DNA of 64,000 nucleotides from Octopus sinensis. Taxonomy: Eukaryota. Location of the stretch: the NCBI RefSeq assembly GCF_006345805.1, contig NC_042997.1, forward strand, positions 190,402,001 to 190,466,000, in the 5' to 3' direction. The notes beneath the pieces were generated by a model that saw nothing but the letters and a program-made list of their open reading frames with translations, searched no databases and had not been told where the DNA came from. Positions 13,758-25,870 of the stretch are shown here, piece by piece. The stretch's first letter is position 1. The number at the start of each line of letters is the position of its first letter. A program made the translations under genes and the position numbers.

Positions 13758-13967
13758 CATCATTATTATTATTATTATTATCATCATTATTATTATTCAC
13801 CAATGTCGATGTCACTGATCATTCTTTCGGTTTCAATAAAAAAAAATGACCAGTTGACCACAGGGGTCGATGTACAGGATTTGCCTCTCACTTGATTTCC
13901 GGGCTTGTGTCAATGTTTGAAACAAGTGTTATTATCATCATCCTTAAGGAGAAAGCATTTATATATA

Positions 13968-14183
13968 CAGTAATCATCCCTCGCCATATCTCGGTTCACC
14001 TATCGCGGATTATTACTTAAGCTTACGTCGATTCCTCCTTGGTGTTGATTTGCATTTAAAATAAAATAATTATATACAAAGTATAAAAATAATTAAAAAA
14101 TATACAGGACTGTTTCTACTTCGCGGATTTTCACATATCGCGGAGGGTTTTGGAACGTAACACCCGCTATAGTCGAGAGATTA

Positions 14184-14186
<3 letters not shown>
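13968..14186. mobile_element. Tigger/pogo-like MITE
   Basis: TA-CAGTAAT(CAT)CCCTCGCCATATC ... GTCGAGAGATTAGTG termini; same family as 27282 in the opposite orientation. Confidence 0.75.
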
Positions 14187-14224
<38 letters not shown>

Positions 14225-14233
<9 letters not shown>

Positions 14234-14825
14234 AAGAAAAATAAGTTGGCTAGCAGCAAGCTGTTTCGCCTCATACCGAAGGAATTAGAAATGGCAGTCA
14301 AAGACCGTTTTTTCCATTTCTATAAGTGGAGATTCCAAAAACGAAGGCCCTTGCGGCTCACATACACAAAACCGGAGTGGCAAATATACGAATTCAGTCA
14401 CTTACGTTAATAGCGAACACGGTGTTTCTGGATCACAAACAGGGGAGTTTGAATTCCGTCATCAGCGCTATATCGTTAGCTTTATCAAATGCCACCAGCC
14501 CTCACTTCTGACCCAGCGACATCAGATAGTGGGGGGAAGTGCGCAGATGTTAAAACCAAGTAACGACTGGGAACGTAAATTTTTCCCTCCAAAATTCTGC
14601 CATGCGCGCCTTCTGGGTAATCGTAATGGAATGAGGAATCCACATGGTAATACAATAAAAATGGTAAATAATTTTCCTGTGGTTTTTCATGTAACCAACA
14701 ATTATTTACCGGTAAATTTCGGTATGTAAATACGACAAAATAATTGTCAAGACCTTTGTAAGGTTCAGTATATAGTAAAGAAAAATAAGTTGGCTAGCAG
14801 CAAGCTGTTTCGCCTCATACCGAAG
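14225..14825. repeat. Unit bounded by identical 57-bp direct repeats (period 544 bp)
   Basis: TATATAGTAAAGAAAAATAAGTTGGCTAGCAGCAAGCTGTTTCGCCTCATACCGAAG at 14225-14281 and 14769-14825. Confidence 0.9.
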
Positions 14826-14902
<77 letters not shown>

Positions 14903-15679
14903 GAGATGCATAGATAGTTATATACATGCATATAAACATGCATATACACAATCAACTGTATGACATTCAGTTATTTGATATTATATATGATTGAAATATC
15001 AATATCTCTATTGAAGCTTCAGTAAATATCATTATAATCATTATTATTATTATATTATCATATCATTAATTATTATTATTATTGAATATATGCTATTTCC
15101 TATAAGAGATAGATGTGCACATATATTTGTATGAATATATATAATATATATATATAATATATATATATATTATATATATATATAACACACACACACTATA
15201 TATATATGTGTGTGTGTATTCTCTCCCCTATATATATCTATATCAATATATTTATATATACATACATACATATGTATATGTATATATATATACATATATA
15301 TGTATGTGTACATATATATGTATGTGTATATATATATGTATGTATATATATATATATATATATATGTATATGTGTATATGTATATATATATATAGATATA
15401 TATATATAATATATATATATATATATACACATACACACACACACACACATATATATATAGACAGACACACATGTATTGTAGACATAACATCTCCACGAGA
15501 GAGAACAATGTCCGCGTTAATGCATATATGATACATATTGCTCACGAAAGTTAAAAATAATAATAATAACAATAATAATAAAAAAAAAACGAACGAAATA
15601 TATCTTTTCTATTTCGACTCGTCATAACACTCGACTGAAATGCCATGGTACCGTGCTACTAGTTCTGCTAGTAGTGATG

Positions 15680-15693
15680 GTTGCCATGGTAAC
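15680..15693. promoter_or_regulatory. RFX X-box motif
   Basis: GTTGCCATGGTAAC, one mismatch from the perfect palindrome GTTGCCATGGCAAC, in non-repetitive sequence; TGACGT (CRE-like) at about 15718. Confidence 0.55.
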
Positions 15694-16184
15694 GTAGTGC
15701 CCTGTAACTCTGATGAGTGACGTAGTTTTGAGAATTGCAGCACTAGCGTTTTCTCGCTAGATATTTATTCGATCAGTAGTACCAAGTCTTAAAGTATAGT
15801 AACAAAACTAGTGAGTAGAAATAGAGTTTTCAATCCAAATTTTTGCTTGGAAGTTAAACTGACGCCTACACGATTAGTTTTCTTTGTCAGCGATATCTAT
15901 TGAATTTAGCTGACATTGAGTATGTGCGCACGTGTGTTTGTATGTATTTATGTTTGATTCTATATATGTGTGTATTTAATGTTTGATTTTGTATGTGTGT
16001 GCATGTTTGTAAGCGTGTGTGTGTGCGAGGGGAATATAAGGAAAAAAAAATTTTTTTTTGAGAAATTTCAATTTTGAATGTGGAAAAATAAAAATTAAGG
16101 GTTTCAATTTTTTTTTCTTTGTTGGAAGTTATAAGGGTAACATAAAAATGCAATATAGCAAAGTATTTTAAAGCGTCTATATTG

Positions 16185-16225
<41 letters not shown>

Positions 16226-17189
16226 AATATGATACACATTCACACATGTGCACAGGCAGAGACGCATGCACATGCGTTTACATATCTACATACACGCTCG
16301 AGCGCGCACACACACACGCGCACACATGTAAGCGAAAGTGTGTGCGTGTCTGTGTGTGTGATAGGGAAAGAAAGTATGCTACAAAAAAGGAAACGTGTGT
16401 GTGTGTATGTGTATGCATGTGTGTGTGCAGATACATGCATACACACATACACATATACTGATACAGTGTGTGTGTGCATGTGTGTATATATATATATAAA
16501 TAGATAGATATAGATATAAATGTATATATATATATATATGTGTGTGTGTGGTGTGTGTGTGTGCGTTTATGCATGCAAATATACACACACATATACATAC
16601 ACACGCAAGAGCACACACACATACACACTTTGAAGTCACTGTGTCCATTTTCTTTATAAAATAAATTTTAAATTCAGTTACATGTATTGATTTCTTTCCC
16701 AAGTCACATTCAACATGCATGTGTATATGTATATGTATGATAGTTATAGACACACACACACAAACGCACGCACATTTATACATATATATTCATAAACTTT
16801 AATCAAATGCATATATATATGTGTGTGTGTACAAATATTGATATACAGATAGATACATAGAGATAAACGGGGGGGGGGAGAAAGAGAGCGAGAGAGCGAA
16901 AGAAAAAGAAGAAGAAGAAAGAGTCAGAGAGATATGCATTGATGAAAGATCCATCGATCATTAAATGGGTCAATATATAATATAAAATTTATGATTAGAT
17001 ATAGGGTAGAATATGTTTTACTGAGTTGATAGACAGACTGTTAAATGGATGTGCAGACAGAAGGATGACATTGATAACACAGATGAGTGGAAGTATCCAA
17101 AATTAATGATGGAATATGAAAAAGAAACTTCACTGAGCTCAAACTAGGCATCTTTGATGATATTCGATCAAATACGATCCAAACGTGAC

Positions 17190-17640
17190 CATAATGCGTA
17201 TGTGGAGGTGTTCGACAATGACTGTCACTGCCGCATTCTTCGCTGCCGACGCATTGATCGGGTTCCTACAGCCGGTCTTCGTCATCACCTGAATCTCCGG
17301 CCTCATCCCTTCGGTGCTTCTACAACGGCGCTTAATGTGGTTTGGTAATGCGGCCCGGTGTCCAGAGGGTGAGCTGATTCGCGATGTCCTCCTCCCACCT
17401 CCACTGCCCAGCTGGCGCAAACGCAAGGGTGGGCAGCTGAAGACCTGGGCAACGACCATAAAGGAGAACCTCTCCGAACTCTCAGGTCCGCAGGTGGTCG
17501 ATCTGCGCAGATGGAACGGCGAATGGCTCGCTATCTCGTGACCTCGCACAGGATCGTCGAGCGTGGGCCGCCATGTTTCGTGATGCCGTTAGGAACAGAG
17601 AAGCCGGCTCAACCCGCCTTGGGTGAACTCCGTCACAAGT
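17190..17640 (+). mobile_element. RTE-clade LINE RT C-terminus
   Basis: VEVFDNDCHCRILRCRRIDRV...LLQRRLMWFGNAARCPEGELIRDVLLP...RKRKGGQLKTWATTIKENL...DLAQDRRAWAA, with frameshifts. Confidence 0.85.
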
Positions 17641-18499
17641 ATTTAGAGAATGCGCGGACTAATACTACGCGCCTTCACTGGTCAGTTAAGGTGAGACAGT
17701 GTCACGTGACAACTTGCTGGCGCTGCCTGCTGGAGCCAAGCGGCAGGTATTTAAAGGGTAAAGTTTGACAAGTCAGTCAGTCACCGGCTGATACTCGCTG
17801 ACGATACATCGAAGAGGCAAGGGAACAGAAGAAAGAAGAAAGAAGATATGCACCCAACACCAGAGCTGATGGCACCTCCGAAAGGGGGGTGCCCTCCACG
17901 TCAAAAAGGTTGAGGAGTAGGGGCCGAAACCGGACGTGGTTCCTCCTGATGTCTTGAGCTAACTGGATCCTATAAAGGAGCTGTTGTGGTAGCAGACCAC
18001 GAAACACGGTTGTAATTCCTCCTCAGTATAATGCGTATATTTACAATTTTGAGTGTTGTGTATTTTGGATTAACTTATTCAAAATCTCTTCCTTAATTCA
18101 GTTGTAAGTTTTTGGTAAGTTGATTGCAGTTTCCAGCATGTCGAGCGAGGAATTTTGGGCTGTACTTGTTGGCTCCTGTAGAAAAGATCGATTTAGTATT
18201 ATGAATAAAAATTTAAAAAATTATTACTGCATTACTAAGTTACTGATTGCTGTTGAAAACAATCAATAAATCAATCAATTATTTAATCGATTGATCAGTA
18301 TAATGACGCACGCACTCAGACAAGAACCCACAAACACAACCAACACGCCCGTACATACACACACACTTATGTGTGTGTGTGTGTGCATGGATGCGAGTCT
18401 GTGTGCACGCCTGTATGTGTGTGCTTGTGTGTTGGTGTGTATGTGTGTGTCTCGCTTATACTGAGCTAATATTAAATACCTCAGGAGAGTTAAATGCAA

Positions 18500-18880
18500 G
18501 ATGACATATCATTATGAAATACAGTTTACAGGATCGAAAAAAAGAAAAAAAACTGAACAATTACGACGATTTGAAGTGGGAAATACGAAGGCTGAGGTCA
18601 ATGAAGAGAGTAGACGTGATATCAATAGGAATTGGCGAACTTGGAAGTATCAGCACTGCACTACCAACATGGCTCAAAAAGACTGGCACAAATGTAAAGG
18701 TAGAACACCTACGAAAATCAGCATTGCTCGGAACTGCAAGAATTCTGCACAGGGTTCTTGAGGCATATCCAATAAACAAGTGTCACCTTAGTCTGCTGGC
18801 TGTGGACAGGCGACACAACCCATCATATCCAGCAAAATAAGCTGTGAGTTTTCATCAAGTAATAATAATAATAATTTATA
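18500..18880 (+). mobile_element. R4/Dong-type non-LTR element, REL endonuclease C-terminus plus (TAA)n tail
   Basis: KEKKLNNYDDLKWEIRRL...VDVISIGIGELGSIST...LRKSALLGTARILHRVL. Confidence 0.85.
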
Positions 18881-19147
18881 ATAATAACAATGATGATGAT
18901 AATAATAATAATAATAACAACAACCACTATAATGATAATGATGATATTGCCTTAAGGATATATATATATATATATAGAAAGAGAGCTATAGATAGATAGA
19001 TATGTGTATGTTGGGATCACTAGTATTTTATCTCCCCTTCTTCCTAGCTCTCCTGTCCAACTATCTTTGTCCAAGCAGTCGCCATGATTGACCGCTAAAT
19101 CCACAAGTATTTTTAATAATTCATTCTCTGTTTATTTCATCGTGTTC

Positions 19148-19183
19148 CTTTCTTTTGAAGAGCGCAGGCTCGAAATGTAAAAG
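19148..19183 (+). ncRNA. Degenerate minimal type I hammerhead in a Penelope-type repeat
   Basis: CTTT-CTTTTGA-A-GAGC-GCAG-GCTC-GAAA-TG-TA-AAAG: stems I and II intact, core decayed; 19100-19275 is homologous to 40790-40930. Confidence 0.55.
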
Positions 19184-19417
19184 ACTGTCTCACCTTCCTG
19201 AGCGTCAAATTAATACACCTGCTTGTTGTTTATACACCTGTCTTCGTCTTTTGTTTTTCTGCAAATTTCAACTATATATACAAACATACATACATACACA
19301 CGCACACACACACACAAATACACACACATACACATGTATATACATACATACACATATATATATACATATATATATGTATATACATACATGTATATATATA
19401 TACATATATATATGTAT

Positions 19418-19464
<47 letters not shown>

Positions 19465-19875
19465 TCGTTTTGGGATTTGGTTTGCATGATTATGTGAGTT
19501 CGTGTGTTGAAGCATATTTTGTTGTGTCTGGGGAGAGTCGTTCTCTGTTAGTGCCTTGTTATTTAGCACACTCACTGGTAAAGTTTCCACTCATTTACTT
19601 ATTTATTTTACCTAAAGCTTTCGTTGCATCTTGGAAACATTTCAATAGTCGTTGACTTTGTCCGTTATCCGAGCTACTTTCTTTTTGTTTATTTGTGCGC
19701 ATGTGTGTAGGTCAGCGAGTGTGCGCATGCACATCTATGTATGAGTGCACATACACATGTATGTATGTATGTATGTATGTATGTATGTATGTATGTATGT
19801 ATGCATATATGTATGTATGTCTATTCATGCGTGTAAGCGTGTGTCTGTATGTATGTGTGCGTATGTATGTGGCTT

Positions 19876-21030
19876 TTCAACGATCTTAATGTTGAGTTTG
19901 GTCTCCTTCAGAGCTTTCCTAAATCTACTAGCTAGATCTTCATGGGCTATGGTCTTTACAGATATCACTCCTTGATATTTGTCGGTTTTGTACCACGAGT
20001 TCACCCCGTTTGCTTTGTCACAACCTCTCTGTATTCTATTCCAGTCTTTACTTCTATATCTAGGGCAGGTACCACTGATTTCATTACATATAATGTTATC
20101 TAACTTCTTTCTAGCATCCCTGTATACTCGAACCCTATCTTTCTGATCATGTCCAGAGAATTGCATGCGGTGCATGAAGTTCGGTACATTTTCTTCGTTT
20201 CATAGGGTTTGCATAGTGGGGACACGCTATTCTTCACCCTAACGAAGTCTGCTATCAGTATGTTAATTTTTATGTTGTGTGACAAAGCTGAGTTCTTGTG
20301 AACAAAATATTTCGAAGTTATGGGTTTCATGTAATAGGAGTGGAGGAGCTGCACTTTGTTGTACACAGCCTCTAACCAAAGTTCAGTAACAAGGACGGGT
20401 AGTCTATTGTTGGGGTGCCTAGTGGGGTAACCTATAGTTATCTTGATACTTTGCAGTTAGCTACTTGTGGATGCTCTCCATTACGTTCCTCTCGTTTTTT
20501 ATATTACTGTTACTAGAGTTGGTCTTAACTAGGATATTAATGTCGTCTACATAACTACTGTAAAGTAAAAGAGTTATGGACTGTTCTTCTAAGGATTGTT
20601 TAAGTTTTCTGTCCCACCAGGTCATAAAGAGCCCGGTCACATCTCCAGCTACACCGACACCAATGGCTACACCTTGAACCTGCATGTATAGTTTCTTGTT
20701 AAACTTTACTATGTGGTTCTTCAAGATGGTTCTTACGCCAGCCCCTGTTGCATGTGCAATCATTCATTTCACCTGATTGCTGTTCTCAGGGTCTTGGGTG
20801 GGTACGGTCCAGCCACGTCAGCGCGCTGCAGTGTTTTCCTTTGCCGCTGAGGCGATGGTGGGTGGTCTTCCTCTCTGTGACCTGGTAGAGCAGTATCTAC
20901 TGATGTCATGGTCGTCTAAATAGTCACGGTCATAGCTTAGTCTAAGGAAGAGGCCCAGTTCCCCCGTGTTTACTTCACGGAATTCAACTTCACTTTCACA
21001 AATTATCTCAATGCATTTCCTTAGCAAAAT
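19876..21030 (-). pseudogene. Penelope-like element reverse transcriptase fragment
   Basis: ELGLFLRLSY...RGRPPTIAS; LYMQVQGVAIGVGVAGDVTGLFMTWWD...LLLYSSYVDDINIL; YYMKPITSKYFVHKNSALS; MQFSGHDQKDRVRVY...LNIKIVEK. Frameshifted, and no GIY-YIG domain is retained. Confidence 0.85.
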
Positions 21031-21040
21031 CTATGTCTGT

Positions 21041-21370
21041 GGAGGTGCAATGACCCAGTGGTTAGGGCAGCGGACTCGCGGTCGGAGGATCGCGGTCAAG
21101 GATCGCGGTTTCGATTCCCAAACCGGGCGTTGTGTATGTTTATTGAGCGAAAAAACCTAAAGCTCCACGTGGCTCCGGCAGGGTGTGGTGGCGACCCCTG
21201 TTCTATTCTTTCACCCCAACTTTCTTTCAATCTTTCTTCCTGTTTCTTGAGTAACGCTGCGATGGACTGGCGTCCCGTCCAGCTGGGGGGAACACATACG
21301 CCACAGAAACCGGGAAATCGGGCCCATGAGCCTGGCTAGGCTTGAAAAGGGTGCATGAATAGATAAATAA
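21041..21370 (+). mobile_element. SINE with family D head and family B-type 3' end
   Basis: GGAGGTGCAATGACCCAGTGGTTAGGGCAGCGGACTCG head; ends GAAACCGGGAAATCGGGCCCATGAGCCTGGCTAGGC. Confidence 0.85.
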
Positions 21371-21385
21371 ATAATCTATATCTAT

Positions 21386-21618
21386 GAAGGCGGTGAGCTG
21401 GAAGAAACGTTAGCACGCCGGGCGAAATGCGTAGCCGTATTTCGTCTGCCGCTACGTTCTGGGTTCAAATTCCGCCGAGGTCGACTTTGCCTTTCATCCT
21501 TTCGGGGTCGATAAATCAAGTACCAGTTACGCACTGGAGTCGATATAATCGACTTAATCTGTTTGTCTGTCCTTGTTTGACCTCTCTGTGTTTAGCCCCT
21601 TGTGGGTAGTAAAGAAAT
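21386..21618 (+). mobile_element. SINE family A, full length
   Basis: Complete head, central GTCGACTTTGCCTTTCATCCTTTCGGGGTCGATAAA motif and AGTAAAGAAAT end. Confidence 0.9.
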
Positions 21619-21791
21619 ATATATCTATAGAAGGGTAGAATGAAATTACGTCCATACTACCCACTACACAATCTGTGAGGTCGTAATACCTGCGAGAGGA
21701 AGTAGGACAGTCTATAATTGCTGGAGATATTCGCTCCGCAAAATATATACATGTGGTTTAATTCCGTCATTTTTCTTTCTTACACACTTAC

Positions 21792-21838
21792 ATTGATGGT
21801 GATGGAAATCTCAGAAATGCGACAGAATGAACCTTCAG
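21792..21838 (-). CDS. Candidate 47-nt internal exon of an unidentified gene
   Basis: Acceptor GTGTTTTCGTTTATTCTAAG|, donor AAT|GTAAGT; two open frames (EGSFCRISEISITIN or LKVHSVAFLRFPSPS); protein not recognised. Confidence 0.3.
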
Positions 21839-22202
21839 CTTAGAATAAACGAAAACACAGACGTACAGACACGATTAGGTACATTCATATATACATACCT
21901 ACGTAAATACATAGAAAGCTATTTAGGTATGCGGTAGAGTTTTCAAGATGAAATTTATTTTAAGATGCTCTGGAAATAAAGCATTTGTAGATAAAGCATC
22001 TATGTAAACCTTGAAATATGAAAGTCAACACACCAAACGCGTTCAGTACGCTTCTGATTTGGGGACACGTTATCGCTATGGCTAGAGTTACTTCCACTGA
22101 AGTGTGTGTGTGTGTGTGTGTGTGTGTGTTGTGTGTGTGTGTCTTTGTGTCTGTGTGAGTACCTCAAAACTAATTGACAACAGGTTTTGATGTGTTGATA
22201 TC

Positions 22203-22264
<62 letters not shown>

Positions 22265-22330
22265 TATATTTGCTATCATTACGGTTTGCAGCCGTTATCT
22301 CAACGCGTATTTCTAATCGCTATATTTTTT

Positions 22331-22425
22331 TTACTACTTCTGAAGAGATTCATTTTATAATGATCTTAATTTAATAGATTAATTATCTAAATTTTACTGA
22401 ATCGAAACAGCTGTCAGCGATATAA
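22331..22425 (+). ncRNA. Type I hammerhead-like motif with long loop II
   Basis: CTGAAGA (22340)-GATTCA...45 nt...TGAATC-GAAA-CAGCTG-TC; palindromic stem III ACAGCTGT and a GUC site; stem I is weak. Confidence 0.65.
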
Positions 22426-22918
22426 TTAATAAATAATATTTTATTAATTACCTCTCCATTTTCTAATTAATTTTTATATATATAACTATATGAACTACGG
22501 TTTATATAGTTACTTTATAATTGAACTTTCTTCGGATTGGTAACTAACCAGTATTTTCATTGGATTTTATCATCCCTTAGTTAAATTTATAACCTTTATT
22601 TGCTTATGTATATCTATATATATATATATATTCACTTAATATATGCATAAGTACATACATAAAAAAAAGACCAAAGATTTTTCTTAAGCCATAGGTTCAT
22701 AAGGCTTGTTTCTTGGATTTTGTGTCGTGTATACATATAAAATGCTGGAGAAGACGCCAGTCCATCGCAGGATTGCTCGCTTTTGCTAAATGAGTGGACT
22801 TGAACAACGTGAATGAAGTGTTTTCCTCGAAAACGCAACGCAACACCTGAACTAGGAATCGGAACCACAATCTTATAATGAATGCAATGCTCTAAACCCT
22901 AAGATACGCGCCTCTACT

Positions 22919-23018
22919 NNNNNNNNNNNNNNNNNNNNNNNNNNNNNNNNNNNNNNNNNNNNNNNNNNNNNNNNNNNNNNNNNNNNNNNNNNNNNNNNNN
23001 NNNNNNNNNNNNNNNNNN
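22919..23018. other. Assembly gap (100 N)
   Basis: Directly visible. Confidence 1.
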
Positions 23019-23166
23019 GCTGAACCCTAATTATAATTATACTCATAATTATAGAATTTTTGTATAAGTTTACCAAAATGGTTCTTTTAACATACCAAAC
23101 TACTTGGTAAAATTATTAATTTTTAATTAATTAATTAATTTTAACCCTTATCATTTTGGATAAATT

Positions 23167-23226
<60 letters not shown>

Positions 23227-23910
23227 CATACATACATACATACATACATACATACATAATACACACATACATACATACATACATACATACATACATACAC
23301 ACATGCATACATACATACATACATACATACATACATACATACATACATGCATGCATGCATGCATAAACTGATAGAGAGAGAAATAGAATATTTTTCTCAT
23401 TTCTGTAAAGTTGGGAACCCCATTAAATAGTTTAGCTTATCGTACCGACCCCTGACAAAATACTGTACCAGAACATTTTGCCGAACCCCGAAGTTACGGC
23501 GTTGCAAACAAAGTGACACTGTTTCTGAAGTAGTAGATAACAAATAAAAACAATTGCAATACAATACGCAGATACCCGCACGTATGTACATGCATTTGTG
23601 CATGTATATATGTATGGTCTATCTTTTACTCTTTTACGAGTACGTAAACAAAGCAACACCGACCGTCAAGCATGACGTAAGGACAAAGACAGATATATAT
23701 ATATAATATATAACTATATATATATAAAATATACACCACACACATAATTTACATATACATATACACACATATATAAATACTATGGGTTTCTTTTAGTTTC
23801 CGTCTACAAAATCCACTCACACGACTTTCATCATTCCGAGGCTATAGTAGAAGACATTTGCCCGAAGTACCACTGAGTGGGACTGAAACCGGAATCATGT
23901 AGTTGGGAAG

Positions 23911-24380
23911 TTTAAATAAGTACCAGTTACGCACTGGGATCGATATAATCGACTAAATCCGTTTGTCTGTCCTTGTTTGTCCTCTCTGTGTTTAGCCCCT
24001 TGTGGGTAGTAAAGAAATAGGTATTTCGTCTACCGTTACGTTCTGAGTTCAAATTCCGCCGAGGTCGACTTTGCCTTTCATTCTTTCGGGGTCGATAAAT
24101 TAAGTACCAGTTACGCACTGGTGTCGATGTAATCAACTTAATGTCTTTGTCTGTCCTCTCTATGTGGGCAATAAAGAAATAAGAAATATTAGCACGCCGG
24201 GCAAAATGCTTACCAGTATTACGTCTGCCGTTACATTCTGAGTTCAAATTGCGCCGAGGTCGACTTTGCCTTTCATTCTTTCGGGGGCGATAAATTAAGT
24301 ACCAATTGCGTACTGGGGTCGATCTAATCGACAGGCTCCCTCCACAAAAATTTCGAACCTTGTGCCCAGAGTAGAAAAGA
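23911..24380 (+). mobile_element. SINE family A head-to-tail multimer
   Basis: Repeated bodies joined at AAAGAAATA|GGTATTTCGTC. Confidence 0.85.
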
Positions 24381-24499
24381 ATATTATTACCTGCTGAAAG
24401 GCGGTGAGCTAGCACAAGCATTGGCAAACCGGACTAAATGCTTCCCCCATTTTCGTCCATGTTTATATCCTGAGTCCAAATTAGGCTGAAGGCGACTCT

Positions 24500-24772
24500 A
24501 AAAGGGTAAAGACCCCCTTCGGTCATGAATGACCATGGGATTGCACCTAGAAAGTTACCCTCCTAGACACAAGTGTTATCCAAGGGAAAGACAAAGGTCG
24601 ATACAGCTTGGCACCAGTGACGTCGCCACTCATTTCTACAGCTGAGTGAACTGGAGCAACGTGATATAAAGTGCCTTGCTCGAGAACACAAGACGCAGCC
24701 CGGTCCGGGATTCGAGCTCACAACCTCACGATCGTAAGCTCGACGCTCTAACCACTGAGCCATGCGCCTTCA
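24500..24772 (-). mobile_element. tRNA-derived SINE (B-related) nested in a family A SINE
   Basis: Head GGCGCATGGCTCAGTGGTTAGAGCGTCGAGC...; TSD-like AAGG(C/T)GACTCT at 24489-24499 and 24773-24783. Confidence 0.85.
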
Positions 24773-25009
24773 AAGGTGACTCTGCCTTTCATCATTTCGG
24801 GGTCGTGAAATAAACATCACTTAAGCACTGGGGTCGATGTAATCGACTTAACCCTCCCCCGAAATTTCTGCCTTTTTGCCAAAATTTCAAATAAGTCTCC
24901 ACCCACGGATCTCTTTGATTCTTACGCTAATCTACTGGGCATTCAAAGCCATTCAATGTTTTAAAAATCTTCTCGTATTTTGGTAATTTATTATTATTAA
25001 GAATTGAAA

Positions 25010-25870
25010 GGAGGCGAGCTGGCAGAATCCTTAGCAAGCCGGTCTAAATGCTTCCCAGCATGTTGTCCGCGTTTATTCTCTGGGTTCAGATTACGCCGAA
25101 GTCGACTTGCCCTTTCATTTCGGTGTCGATAAAATTAGAATTAGTTAAACAATGGGATCGATGTAATCGATTTTAAATCAAGAATATTTTAAATCACGAA
25201 TATTAGATTTTGAACGTGGCGAGCTGGTAGAATCGTTAACAAGCCGGACTAAATGCTTCCCAGCATTTCGTTCGTGTTTACTTTGTGTGTTTACATTCCG
25301 CGCAGGTCGACTTTGCCTTTCGGGGGCCTGTCGATTTCGGGGACGATAAAGGGGGTCCGGTGTAATCGACTTACCCATTCCCCAAACTTGCTGGCATTTG
25401 GGCAAAATTTCAAATCGATATTGGTTTCAAATTTTGATACACAAAGCCAGCAATTTCTGGGGAAAGGGGTAGGTCGATTTCATTGGCCCCAGTGCTCAAC
25501 TGCTACCTATTTTATCGCCTCCGAAAGAATGAAAGGGAAAGTCGACTTCGGCGGAATTTGAACTCACAATGTGAAGACAGGCGAAAGGCCATTAAGAATT
25601 TTGTCCGACGCGGCAACGATTCTGCTGGTTCACCGCCTTCAACACCTAATGGTATTGAAGTGAAATTTCGTTGCACATTGAGCTGGCAGAATCGTTACAG
25701 CATCAGGCGAAATACTTAGTGGCATTTCGTCTGTCTTCGTGTTCTGAGTTCAAATTCCGACTAGGTGAACTTTTGGGGTCGATAAAATAAGTACCAGTTG
25801 AACACTGGTGGTCGATGTAATCGTCTTACACCTCGCCCGAAATTTCTGACTTTGTGCCAAAATTTGAAAT
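25010..25870. mobile_element. Cluster of family A SINEs in both orientations
   Basis: Heads at about 25010, 25218 and 25680 (+), and an inverted copy at about 25440-25600. Confidence 0.8.

Noticed and set aside
14455-14530. Minus-strand CTGATGA with an upstream GUC as a permuted hammerhead
   Set aside because: Stem I is out of register and there is no GAAA/stem III partner.
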